Shown here piece after piece: positions 35,747-47,700 of a DNA stretch of 64,000 nt. The number at the start of each line of letters is the position of its first letter. The stretch's first letter is position 1. The DNA is taken from positions 1-64,000 of the forward strand of contig JAUCBJ010002546.1 in NCBI GenBank assembly GCA_032718475.1, given 5' to 3'. The position numbers were made by a program, and so were the translations under genes. The stretch comes from Nemertoderma westbladi. Its lineage: Eukaryota > Animalia > Xenacoelomorpha. The notes under the pieces were generated by a model, which saw only the letters and a program-made list of their open reading frames with translations, was not told the DNA's origin and searched no databases.

Positions 35747-38700
35747 GGTTAATGGGAGCGGTCTGTGGGTAGAAAGAGTAGATATCAGTGGGAGCGGTCT
35801 GTGGGGCAGAAAGAGTAGATGTTAGCGGGAGCGGTCTGTGGGTAGAAAGAGTAGATGTTAGCGGGAGCGGTCTGTGGGGCAGAAAGAGTAGATATTAGTG
35901 GGTAGAAAGAGTAGATGTTAGTGGGAGCGGTCTGTGGGGTAGAAAGAGTAGATGTTAGCGGGAGCGGTCTGTGGGTAGAAAGAGTAGATATTAGTGGGTA
36001 GAAAGAGTAGATGTTAGCGGGAGCGGTCTGTGGGTAGAAAGAGTAGATATTAGTGGGTAGAAAGAGTAGATGTTAGCGGGAGCGGTCTGTGGGGCAGAAA
36101 GAGTAGATGTTAATGGGAGCGGTCTGTGGGTAGAAAGAGTAGATATTAGTGGGTAGAAAGAGTAGATGTTAGCGGGAGCGGTCTGTGGGTAGAAAGAGTA
36201 GATATTAGTGGGTAGAAAGAGTAGATGTTAGCGGGAGCGGTCTGTGGGGCAGAAAGAGTAGATGTTAGTGGGAGCGGTCTGTGGGGCAGAAAGAGTAGAT
36301 GTTAATGGGAGCGGTCTGTGGGTAGAAAGAGTAGATATTAGTGGGAGCGGTCTGTGGGGCAGAAAGAGTAGATATTAGTGGGTAGAAAGAGTAGATGTTA
36401 GCGGGAGCGGTCTGTGGGGCAGAAAGAGTAGATATTAGTGGGAGCGGTCTGTGGGGCAGAAAGAGTAGATATTAGTGGGAGCGGTCTGTGGGGCAGAAAG
36501 AGTAGATATTAGTGGGAGCGGTCTGTGGGTAGAAAGAGTAGATATTAGTGGGAGCGGTCTGTGGGGCAGAAAGAGTAGATGTTAGTGGGTAGAAAGAGTA
36601 GATGTTAGTGGGAGCGGTCTGTGGGTAGAAAGAGTAGATATTAGTGGGTAGAAAGAGTAGATGTTAGCGGGAGCGGTCTGTGGGGTAGAAAGAGTAGATA
36701 TTAGCGGGAGCGGTCTGTGGGTAGAAAGAGTAGATATTAGTGGGTAGAAAGAGTAGATATTAGTGGGAGCGGTCTGTGGGTAGAAAGAGTAGATATTAGT
36801 GGGTAGAAAGAGTAGATGTTAGCGGGAGCGGTCTGTGGGTAGAAAGAGTAGATATTAGTGGGTAGAAAGAGTAGATATTAGTGGGAGCGGTCTGTGGGTA
36901 GAAAGAGTAGATGTTAGCGGGAGCGGTCTGTGGGGTAGAAAGAGTAGATATTAGCGGGAGCGGTCTGTGGGTAGAAAGAGTAGATATTAGTGGGTAGAAA
37001 GAGTAGATATTAGTGGGAGCGGTCTGTGGGTAGAAAGAGTAGATATTAGTGGGTAGAAAGAGTAGATGTTAGCGGGAGCGGTCTGTGGGTAGAAAGAGTA
37101 GATATTAGTGGGTAGAAAGAGTAGATGTTAGTGGGAGCGGTCTGTGGGGCAGAAAGAGTAGATATTAGTGGGAGCGGTCTGTGGGGCAGAAAGAGTAGAT
37201 ATTAGTGGGAGCGGTCTGTGGGGCAGAAAGAGTAGATATTAGTGGGAGCGGTCTGTGGGGCAGAAAGAGTAGATATTAGTGGGAGCGGTCTGTGGGGCAG
37301 AAAGAGTAGATATTAGCGGGAGCGGTCTGTGGGGTAGAAAGAGTAGATGTTAATGGGAGCGGTCTGTGGGTAGAAAGAGTAGATATTAGTGGGTAGAAAG
37401 AGTAGATGTTAGCGGGAGCGGTCTGTGGGTAGAAAGAGTAGATATTAGTGGGTAGAAAGAGTAGATGTTAGCGGGAGCGGTCTGTGGGGCAGAAAGAGTA
37501 GATGTTAGTGGGAGCGGTCTGTGGGGCAGAAAGAGTAGATGTTAATGGGAGCGGTCTGTGGGTAGAAAGAGTAGATATTAGTGGGAGCGGTCTGTGGGGC
37601 AGAAAGAGTAGATATTAGTGGGTAGAAAGAGTAGATGTTAGCGGGAGCGGTCTGTGGGGCAGAAAGAGTAGATATTAGTGGGAGCGGTCTGTGGGGCAGA
37701 AAGAGTAGATATTAGTGGGAGCGGTCTGTGGGGCAGAAAGAGTAGATATTAGTGGGAGCGGTCTGTGGGTAGAAAGAGTAGATATTAGTGGGAGCGGTCT
37801 GTGGGGCAGAAAGAGTAGATGTTAGTGGGTAGAAAGAGTAGATGTTAGTGGGAGCGGTCTGTGGGTAGAAAGAGTAGATATTAGTGGGTAGAAAGAGTAG
37901 ATGTTAGCGGGAGCGGTCTGTGGGGTAGAAAGAGTAGATATTAGCGGGAGCGGTCTGTGGGTAGAAAGAGTAGATATTAGTGGGTAGAAAGAGTAGATAT
38001 TAGTGGGAGCGGTCTGTGGGTAGAAAGAGTAGATATTAGTGGGTAGAAAGAGTAGATGTTAGCGGGAGCGGTCTGTGGGTAGAAAGAGTAGATATTAGTG
38101 GGTAGAAAGAGTAGATATTAGTGGGAGCGGTCTGTGGGTAGAAAGAGTAGATGTTAGCGGGAGCGGTCTGTGGGGTAGAAAGAGTAGATATTAGCGGGAG
38201 CGGTCTGTGGGTAGAAAGAGTAGATATTAGTGGGTAGAAAGAGTAGATATTAGTGGGAGCGGTCTGTGGGTAGAAAGAGTAGATATTAGTGGGTAGAAAG
38301 AGTAGATGTTAGCGGGAGCGGTCTGTGGGTAGAAAGAGTAGATATTAGTGGGTAGAAAGAGTAGATGTTAGTGGGAGCGGTCTGTGGGGCAGAAAGAGTA
38401 GATATTAGTGGGAGCGGTCTGTGGGGCAGAAAGAGTAGATATTAGTGGGAGCGGTCTGTGGGGCAGAAAGAGTAGATATTAGTGGGAGCGGTCTGTGGGG
38501 CAGAAAGAGTAGATATTAGTGGGAGCGGTCTGTGGGGCAGAAAGAGTAGATATTAGCGGGAGCGGTCTGTGGGGTAGAAAGAGTAGATATTAGTGGGCAG
38601 AAAGAGTAGATATTAGTGGGAGCGGTCTGTGGGTAGAAAGAGTAGATATTAGTGGGCAGAAAGAGTAGATATTAGTGGGTAGAAAGAGTAGATATTAGTG

Positions 38701-41700
38701 GGAGCGGTCTGTGGGGCAGAAAGAGTAGATATTAGTGGGAGCGGTCTGTGGGGCAGAAAGAGTAGATATTAGTGGGAGCGGTCTGTGGGTAGAAAGAGTA
38801 GATATTAGTGGGAGCGGTCTGTGGGGTAGAAAGAGTAGATATTAGTGGGAGCGGTCTGTGGGGCAGAAAGAGTAGATATTAGTGGGCAGAAAGAGTAGAT
38901 ATTAGTGGGAGCGGTCTGTGGGTAGAAAGAGTAGATATTAGTGGGAGCGGTCTGTGGGGCAGAAAGAGTAGATATTAGTGGGTAGAAAGAGTAGATGTTA
39001 GTGGGAGCGGTCTGTGGGTAGAAAGAGTAGATATTAGTGGGAGCGGTCTGTGGGGCAGAAAGAGTAGATATTAGTGGGAGCGGTCTGTGGGGCAGAAAGA
39101 GTAGATATTAGTGGGAGCGGTCTGTGGGGCAGAAAGAGTAGATATTAGTGGGTAGAAAGAGTAGATGTTAGTGGGAGCGGTCTGTGGGTAGAAAGAGTAG
39201 ATATTAGTGGGAGCGGTCTGTGGGGCAGAAAGAGTAGATATTAGTGGGTAGAAAGAGTAGATGTTAGTGGGAGCGGTCTGTGGGTAGAAAGAGTAGATGT
39301 TAGTGGGAGCGGTCTGTGGGTAGAAAGAGTAGATATTAGTGGGAGCGGTCTGTGGGGCAGAAAGAGTAGATATTAGTGGGTAGAAAGAGTAGATGTTAGT
39401 GGGAGCGGTCTGTGGGTAGAAAGAGTAGATATTAGTGGGAGCGGTCTGTGGGGCAGAAAGAGTAGATATTAGTGGGAGCGGTCTGTGGGGCAGAAAGAGT
39501 AGATATTAGTGGGAGCGGTCTGTGGGGCAGAAAGAGTAGATATTAGTGGGTAGAAAGAGTAGATGTTAGTGGGAGCGGTCTGTGGGTAGAAAGAGTAGAT
39601 ATTAGTGGGAGCGGTCTGTGGGGCAGAAAGAGTAGATATTAGTGGGTAGAAAGAGTAGATGTTAGTGGGAGCGGTCTGTGGGTAGAAAGAGTAGATGTTA
39701 GTGGGAGCGGTCTGTGGGTAGAAAGAGTAGATATTAGTGGGAGCGGTCTGTGGGGCAGAAAGAGTAGATATTAGTGGGTAGAAAGAGTAGATGTTAGTGG
39801 GAGCGGTCTGTGGGTAGAAAGAGTAGATATTAGTGGGAGCGGTCTGTGGGGCAGAAAGAGTAGATATTAGTGGGAGCGGTCTGTGGGGCAGAAAGAGTAG
39901 ATATTAGTGGGAGCGGTCTGTGGGGCAGAAAGAGTAGATATTAGTGGGTAGAAAGAGTAGATGTTAGTGGGAGCGGTCTGTGGGTAGAAAGAGTAGATAT
40001 TAGTGGGAGCGGTCTGTGGGGTAGAAAGAGTAGATATTAGCGGGAGCGGTCTGTGGGTAGAAAGAGTAGATATTAGTGGGTAGAAAGAGTAGATGTTAGC
40101 GGGAGCGGTCTGTGGGGCAGAAAGAGTAGATATTAGTGGGAGCGGTCTGTGGGGCAGAAAGAGTAGATATTAGTGGGTAGAAAGAGTAGATGTTAGTGGG
40201 AGCGGTCTGTGGGGCAGAAAGAGTAGATATTAGTGGGTAGAAAGAGTAGATGTTAGCGGGAGCGGTCTGTGGGTAGAAAGAGTAGATATTAGCGGGAGCG
40301 GTCTGTGGGGCAGAAAGAGTAGATATTAGTGGGTAGAAAGAGTAGATGTTAGTGGGAGCGGTCTGTGGGTAGAAAGAGTAGATGTTAGCGGGAGCGGTCT
40401 GTGGGTAGAAAGAGTAGATATTAGTGGGTAGAAAGAGTAGATGTTAGCGGGAGCGGTCTGTGGGGCAGAAAGAGTAGATATTAGTGGGAGCGGTCTGTGG
40501 GGCAGAAAGAGTAGATATCAGTGGGAGCGGTCTGTGGGGCAGAAAGAGTAGATATTAGTGGGAGCGGTCTGTGGGGCAGAAAGAGTAGATATTAGTGGGT
40601 AGAAAGAGTAGATGTTAGTGGGAGCGGTCTGTGGGGCAGAAAGAGTAGATATTAGTGGGTAGAAAGAGTAGATGTTAGCGGGAGCGGTCTGTGGGTAGAA
40701 AGAGTAGATATTAGTGGGTAGAAAGAGTAGATGTTAGTGGGAGCGGTCTGTGGGGCAGAAAGAGTAGATATCAGTGGGAGCGGTCTGTGGGGCAGAAAGA
40801 GTAGATATTAGTGGGAGCGGTCTGTGGGGCAGAAAGAGTAGATATTAGTGGGTAGAAAGAGTAGATGTTAGCGGGAGCGGTCTGTGGGTAGAAAGAGTAG
40901 ATATTAGCGGGAGCGGTCTGTGGGGCAGAAAGAGTAGATATTAGTGGGTAGAAAGAGTAGATGTTAGCGGGAGCGGTCTGTGGGTAGAAAGAGTAGATAT
41001 TAGTGGGTAGAAAGAGTAGATGTTAGCGGGAGCGGTCTGTGGGTAGAAAGAGTAGATATTAGTGGGTAGAAAGAGTAGATGTTAGTGGGAGCGGTCTGTG
41101 GGGCAGAAAGAGTAGATATTAGTGGGAGCGGTCTGTGGGGCAGAAAGAGTAGATATTAGTGGGTAGAAAGAGTAGATGTTAGCGGGAGCGGTCTGTGGGG
41201 CAGAAAGAGTAGATATTAGTGGGAGCGGTCTGTGGGGCAGAAAGAGTAGATATTAGTGGGTAGAAAGAGTAGATGTTAGCGGGAGCGGTCTGTGGGTAGA
41301 AAGAGTAGATATTAGCGGGAGCGGTCTGTGGGGCAGAAAGAGTAGATATTAGTGGGTAGAAAGAGTAGATGTTAGTGGGAGCGGTCTGTGGGGCAGAAAG
41401 AGTAGATATTAGTGGGAGCGGTCTGTGGGGCAGAAAGAGTAGATATTAGTGGGAGCGGTCTGTGGGGCAGAAAGAGTAGATATTAGTGGGTAGAAAGAGT
41501 AGATGTTAGCGGGAGCGGTCTGTGGGTAGAAAGAGTAGATATTAGCGGGAGCGGTCTGTGGGGCAGAAAGAGTAGATATTAGTGGGTAGAAAGAGTAGAT
41601 GTTAGTGGGAGCGGTCTGTGGGGCAGAAAGAGTAGATATTAGTGGGAGCGGTCTGTGGGGCAGAAAGAGTAGATATTAGTGGGTAGAAAGAGTAGATGTT

Positions 41701-44700
41701 AGTGGGAGCGGTCTGTGGGGCAGAAAGAGTAGATATTAGTGGGAGCGGTCTGTGGGGCAGAAAGAGTAGATATTAGTGGGAGCGGTCTGTGGGGCAGAAA
41801 GAGTAGATATTAGTGGGAGCGGTCTGTGGGGCAGAAAGAGTAGATATTAGTGGGTAGAAAGAGTAGATGTTAGTGGGAGCGGTCTGTGGGTAGAAAGAGT
41901 AGATATTAGTGGGAGCGGTCTGTGGGGCAGAAAGAGTAGATATTAGTGGGTAGAAAGAGTAGATGTTAGCGGGAGCGGTCTGTGGGGCAGAAAGAGTAGA
42001 TATTAGTGGGTAGAAAGAGTAGATGTTAGCGGGAGCGGTCTGTGGGGCAGAAAGAGTAGATATTAGTGGGAGCGGTCTGTGGGGCAGAAAGAGTAGATAT
42101 TAGTGGGTAGAAAGAGTAGATGTTAGTGGGAGCGGTCTGTGGGTAGAAAGAGTAGATATTAGTGGGAGCGGTCTGTGGGGTAGAAAGAGTAGATATTAGC
42201 GGGAGCGGTCTGTGGGTAGAAAGAGTAGATATTAGTGGGTAGAAAGAGTAGATGTTAGTGGGTAGAAAGAGTAGATGTTAGCGGGAGCGGTCTGTGGGGC
42301 AGAAAGAGTAGATATTAGTGGGAGCGGTCTGTGGGGCAGAAAGAGTAGATATTAGTGGGTAGAAAGAGTAGATGTTAGCGGGAGCGGTCTGTGGGGCAGA
42401 AAGAGTAGATATTAGTGGGAGCGGTCTGTGGGGCAGAAAGAGTAGATATTAGTGGGTAGAAAGAGTAGATGTTAGTGGGAGCGGTCTGTGGGTAGAAAGA
42501 GTAGATATTAGTGGGAGCGGTCTGTGGGGTAGAAAGAGTAGATATTAGCGGGAGCGGTCTGTGGGTAGAAAGAGTAGATATTAGTGGGTAGAAAGAGTAG
42601 ATGTTAGCGGGAGCGGTCTGTGGGGCAGAAAGAGTAGATATTAGTGGGAGCGGTCTGTGGGGCAGAAAGAGTAGATATTAGTGGGTAGAAAGAGTAGATG
42701 TTAGTGGGAGCGGTCTGTGGGGCAGAAAGAGTAGATATTAGTGGGAGCGGTCTGTGGGGCAGAAAGAGTAGATATTAGTGGGTAGAAAGAGTAGATGTTA
42801 GTGGGAGCGGTCTGTGGGGCAGAAAGAGTAGATATTAGTGGGAGCGGTCTGTGGGGCAGAAAGAGTAGATATTAGTGGGTAGAAAGAGTAGATGTTAGTG
42901 GGAGCGGTCTGTGGGTAGAAAGAGTAGATATTAGTGGGAGCGGTCTGTGGGGCAGAAAGAGTAGATATTAGTGGGTAGAAAGAGTAGATGTTAGCGGGAG
43001 CGGTCTGTGGGTAGAAAGAGTAGATATTAGTGGGAGCGGTCTGTGGGGCAGAAAGAGTAGATATTAGTGGGTAGAAAGAGTAGATGTTAGCGGGAGCGGT
43101 CTGTGGGTAGAAAGAGTAGATATTAGTGGGAGCGGTCTGTGGGGCAGAAAGAGTAGATATTAGTGGGTAGAAAGAGTAGATGTTAGCGGGAGCGGTCTGT
43201 GGGTAGAAAGAGTAGATATTAGTGGGAGCGGTCTGTGGGGCAGAAAGAGTAGATATTAGTGGGTAGAAAGAGTAGATGTTAGTGGGAGCGGTCTGTGGGT
43301 AGAAAGAGTAGATATTAGTGGGAGCGGTCTGTGGGGCAGAAAGAGTAGATATTAGTGGGTAGAAAGAGTAGATGTTAGTGGGAGCGGTCTGTGGGGCAGA
43401 AAGAGTAGATATTAGTGGGAGCGGTCTGTGGGGCAGAAAGAGTAGATATTAGTGGGTAGAAAGAGTAGATATTAGTGGGAGCGGTCTGTGGGTAGAAAGA
43501 GTAGATATTAGTGGGAGCGGTCTGTGGGGCAGAAAGAGTAGATATTAGTGGGAGCGGTCTGTGGGGCAGAAAGAGTAGATATTAGTGGGTAGAAAGAGTA
43601 GATGTTAGTGGGAGCGGTCTGTGGGTAGAAAGAGTAGATATTAGTGGGAGCGGTCTGTGGGTAGAAAGAGTAGATGTTAGTGGGAGCGGTCTGTGGGTAG
43701 AAAGAGTAGATATTAGTGGGAGCGGTCTGTGGGTAGAAAGAGTAGATGTTAGTGGGAGCGGTCTGTGGGTAGAAAGAGTAGATATCAGTGGGAGCGGTCT
43801 GTGGGGCAGAAAGAGTAGATGTTAGCGGGAGCGGTCTGTGGGTAGAAAGAGTAGATGTTAGCGGGAGCGGTCTGTGGGGCAGAAAGAGTAGATATTAGTG
43901 GGTAGAAAGAGTAGATGTTAGCGGGAGCGGTCTGTGGGTAGAAAGAGTAGATGTTAGCGGGAGCGGTCTGTGGGTAGAAAGAGTAGATATTAGTGGGTAG
44001 AAAGAGTAGATGTTAGCGGGAGCGGTCTGTGGGTAGAAAGAGTAGATATTAGTGGGTAGAAAGAGTAGATGTTAGTGGGAGCGGTCTGTGGGGCAGAAAG
44101 AGTAGATATTAGTGGGTAGAAAGAGTAGATGTTAGTGGGAGCGGTCTGTGGGTAGAAAGAGTAGATGTTAGCGGGAGCGGTCTGTGGGGCAGAAAGAGTA
44201 GATATTAGTGGGTAGAAAGAGTAGATGTTAGTGGGAGCGGTCTGTGGGTAGAAAGAGTAGATATTAGTGGGAGCGGTCTGTGGGGCAGAAAGAGTAGATA
44301 TTAGTGGGTAGAAAGAGTAGATGTTAGTGGGAGCGGTCTGTGGGTAGAAAGAGTAGATATCAGTGGGAGCGGTCTGTGGGGCAGAAAGAGTAGATGTTAG
44401 CGGGAGCGGTCTGTGGGTAGAAAGAGTAGATGTTAGCGGGAGCGGTCTGTGGGTAGAAAGAGTAGATGTTAGCGGGTAGAAAGAGTAGATGTTAGTGGGA
44501 GCGGTCTGTGGGTAGAAAGAGTAGATGTTAGTGGGAGCGGTCTGTGGGTAGAAAGAGTAGATGTTAGTGGGAGCGGTCTGTGGGTAGAAAGAGTAGATGT
44601 TAGCGGGAGCGGTCTGTGGGTAGAAAGAGTAGATGTTAGCGGGTAGAAAGAGTAGATGTTAGTGGGAGCGGTCTGTGGGTAGAAAGAGTAGATGTTAGTG

Positions 44701-47700
44701 GGAGCGGTCTGTGGGTAGAAAGAGTAGATGTTAGCGGGTAGAAAGAGTAGATGTTAGTGGGAGCGGTCTGTGGGTAGAAAGAGTAGATGTTAGTGGGAGC
44801 GGTCTGTGGGTAGAAAGAGTAGATGTTAGCGGGAGCGGTCTGTGGGTAGAAAGAGTAGATGTTAGCGGGTAGAAAGAGTAGATGTTAGTGGGAGCGGTCT
44901 GTGGGTAGAAAGAGTAGATGTTAGTGGGAGCGGTCTGTGGGTAGAAAGAGTAGATGTTAGTGGGAGCGGTCTGTGGGTAGAAAGAGTAGATGTTAGTGGG
45001 AGCGGTCTGTGGGTAGAAAGATTAGATATCAGTGGGAGCGGTCTGTGGGGCAGAAAGAGTAGATGTTAGCGGGAGCGGTCTGTGGGTAGAAAGAGTAGAT
45101 GTTAGCGGGAGCGGTCTGTGGGTAGAAAGAGTAGATGTTAGTGGGAGCGGTCTGTGGGTAGAAAGAGTAGATGTTAGCGGGAGCGGTCTGTGGGGCAGAA
45201 AGAGTAGATATTAGTGGGTAGAAAGAGTAGATGTTAGCGGGAGCGGTCTGTGGGGCAGAAAGAGTAGATATGTTAGCGGGAGCTGTCTGTGGGTAGAAAG
45301 AGTAGATGTTAGCGGGAGCGGTCTGTGGGTAGAAAGAGTAGATATTAGTGGGTAGAAAGAGTAGATGTTAGCGGGAGCGGTCTGTGGGTAGAAAGAGTAG
45401 ATGTTAGCGGGAGCGGTCTGTGGGTAGAAAGAGTAGATGTTAGCGGGAGCGGTCTGTGGGGCAGAAAGAGTAGATATTAGTGGGTAGAAAGAGTAGATAT
45501 TAGTGGGAGCGGTCTGTGGGGCAGAAAGAGTAGATATTAGTGGGTAGAAAGAGTAGATGTTAGTGGGAGCGGTCTGTGGGTAGAAAGAGTAGATGTTAGC
45601 GGGAGCGGTCTGTGGGTAGAAAGAGTAGATGTTAGCGGGAGCGGTCTGTGGGTAGAAAGAGTAGATATTAGTGGGAGCGGTCTGTGGGGCAGAAAGAGTA
45701 GATATTAGTGGGTAGAAAGAGTAGATGTTAGTGGGAGCGGTCTGTGGGTAGAAAGAGTAGATGTTAGCGGGAGCGGTCTGTGGGTAGAAAGAGTAGATAT
45801 TAGTGGGAGCGGTCTGTGGGGCAGAAAGAGTAGATATTAGTGGGTAGAAAGAGTAGATGTTAGTGGGAGCGGTCTGTGGGGTAGAAAGAGTAGCTGTTAG
45901 TGGGAGCGGTCTGTGGGTAGAAAGAGTAGATATTAGTGGGAGCGGTCTGTGGGGCAGAAAGAGTAGATATTAGTGGGTAGAAAGAGTAGATATTAGTGGG
46001 AGCGGTCTGTGGGTAGAAAGAGTAGATGTTAGCGGGAGCGGTCTGTGGGTAGAAAGAGTAGATGTTAGCGGGAGCGGTCTGTGGGGCAGAAAGAGTAGAT
46101 ATTAGTGGGTAGAAAGAGTAGATATTAGTGGGAGCGGTCTGTGGGTAGAAATAGTAGATATTAGTGGGTAGAAAGAGTAGATATTAGTGGGAGCGGTCTG
46201 TGGGGCAGAAAGAGTAGATATTAGTGGGTAGAAAGAGTAGATATTAGTGGGTAGAAAGAGTAGATGTTAGTGGGAGCGGTCTGTGGGTAGAAAGAGTAGA
46301 TATTAGTGGGTAGAAAGAGTAGATATTAGTGGGTAGAAAGAGTAGATATTAGTGGGTAGAAAGAGTAGATGTTAGTGGGAGCGGTCTGTGGGTAGAAAGA
46401 GTAGATATTAGTGGGTAGAAAGAGTAGATATTAGTGGGTAGAAAGAGTAGATATTAGTGGGTAGAAAGAGTAGATATTAGTGGGTAGAAAGAGTAGATGT
46501 TAGTGGGAGCGGTCTGTGGGTAGAAAGAGTAGATATTAGTGGGAGCGGTCTGTGGGTAGAAAGAGTAGATATTAGTGGGTAGAAAGAGTAGATATTAGTG
46601 GGAGCGGTCTGTGGGTAGAAAGAGTAGATATTAGTGGGAGCGGTCTGTGGGTAGAAAGAGTAGATATTAGTGGGTAGAAAGAGTAGATGTTAGTGGGAGC
46701 GGTCTGTGGGTAGAAAGAGTAGATGTTAGCGGGAGCGGTCTGTGGGGCAGAAAGAGTAGATATTAGTGGGAGCGGTCTGTGGGGCAGAAAGAGTAGATGT
46801 TAGCGGGAGCGGTCTGTGGGTAGAAAGAGTAGATATTAGTGGGTAGAAAGAGTAGATATTAGTGGGTAGAAAGAGTAGATATTAGTGGGTAGAAAGAGTA
46901 GATGTTAGTGGGAGCGGTCTGTGGGTAGAAAGAGTAGATATTAGTGGGTAGAAAGAGTAGATATTAGTGGGTAGAAAGAGTAGATATTAGTGGGAGCGGT
47001 CTGTGGGGCAGAAAGAGTAGATGTTAGTGGGTAGAAAGAGTAGATGTTAGTGGGAGCGGTCTGTGGGTAGAAAGAGTAGATATTAGTGGGAGCGGTCTGT
47101 GGGTAGAAAGAGTAGATATTAGTGGGTAGAAAGAGTAGATATTAGTGGGTAGAAAGAGTAGATATTAGTGGGAGCGGTCTGTGGGTAGAAAGAGTAGATA
47201 TTAGTGGGAGCGGTCTGTGGGTAGAAAGAGTAGATATTAGTGGGCAGAAAGAGTAGATATTAGTGGGTAGAAAGAGTAGATATTAGTGGGAGCGGTCTGT
47301 GGGTAGAAATAGTAGATATTAGTGGGTAGAAAGAGTAGATATTAGTGGGAGCGGTCTGTGGGTAGAAAGAGTAGATATTAGTGGGAGCGGTCTGTGGGTA
47401 GAAAGAGTAGATATTAGTGGGTAGAAAGAGTAGATGTTAGTGGGAGCGGTCTGTGGGTAGAAAGAGTAGATATTAGTGGGTAGAAAGAGTAGATATTAGT
47501 GGGTAGAAAGAGTAGATATTAGTGGGAGCGGTCTGTGGGTAGAAAGAGTAGATGTTAGCGGGAGCGGTCTGTGGGTAGAAAGAGTAGATATTAGTGGGAG
47601 CGGTCTGTGGGTAGAAAGAGTAGATATTAGTGGGTAGAAAGAGTAGATATTAGCGGGAGCGGTCTGTGGGTAGAAAGAGTAGATGTTAGCGGGAGCGGTC

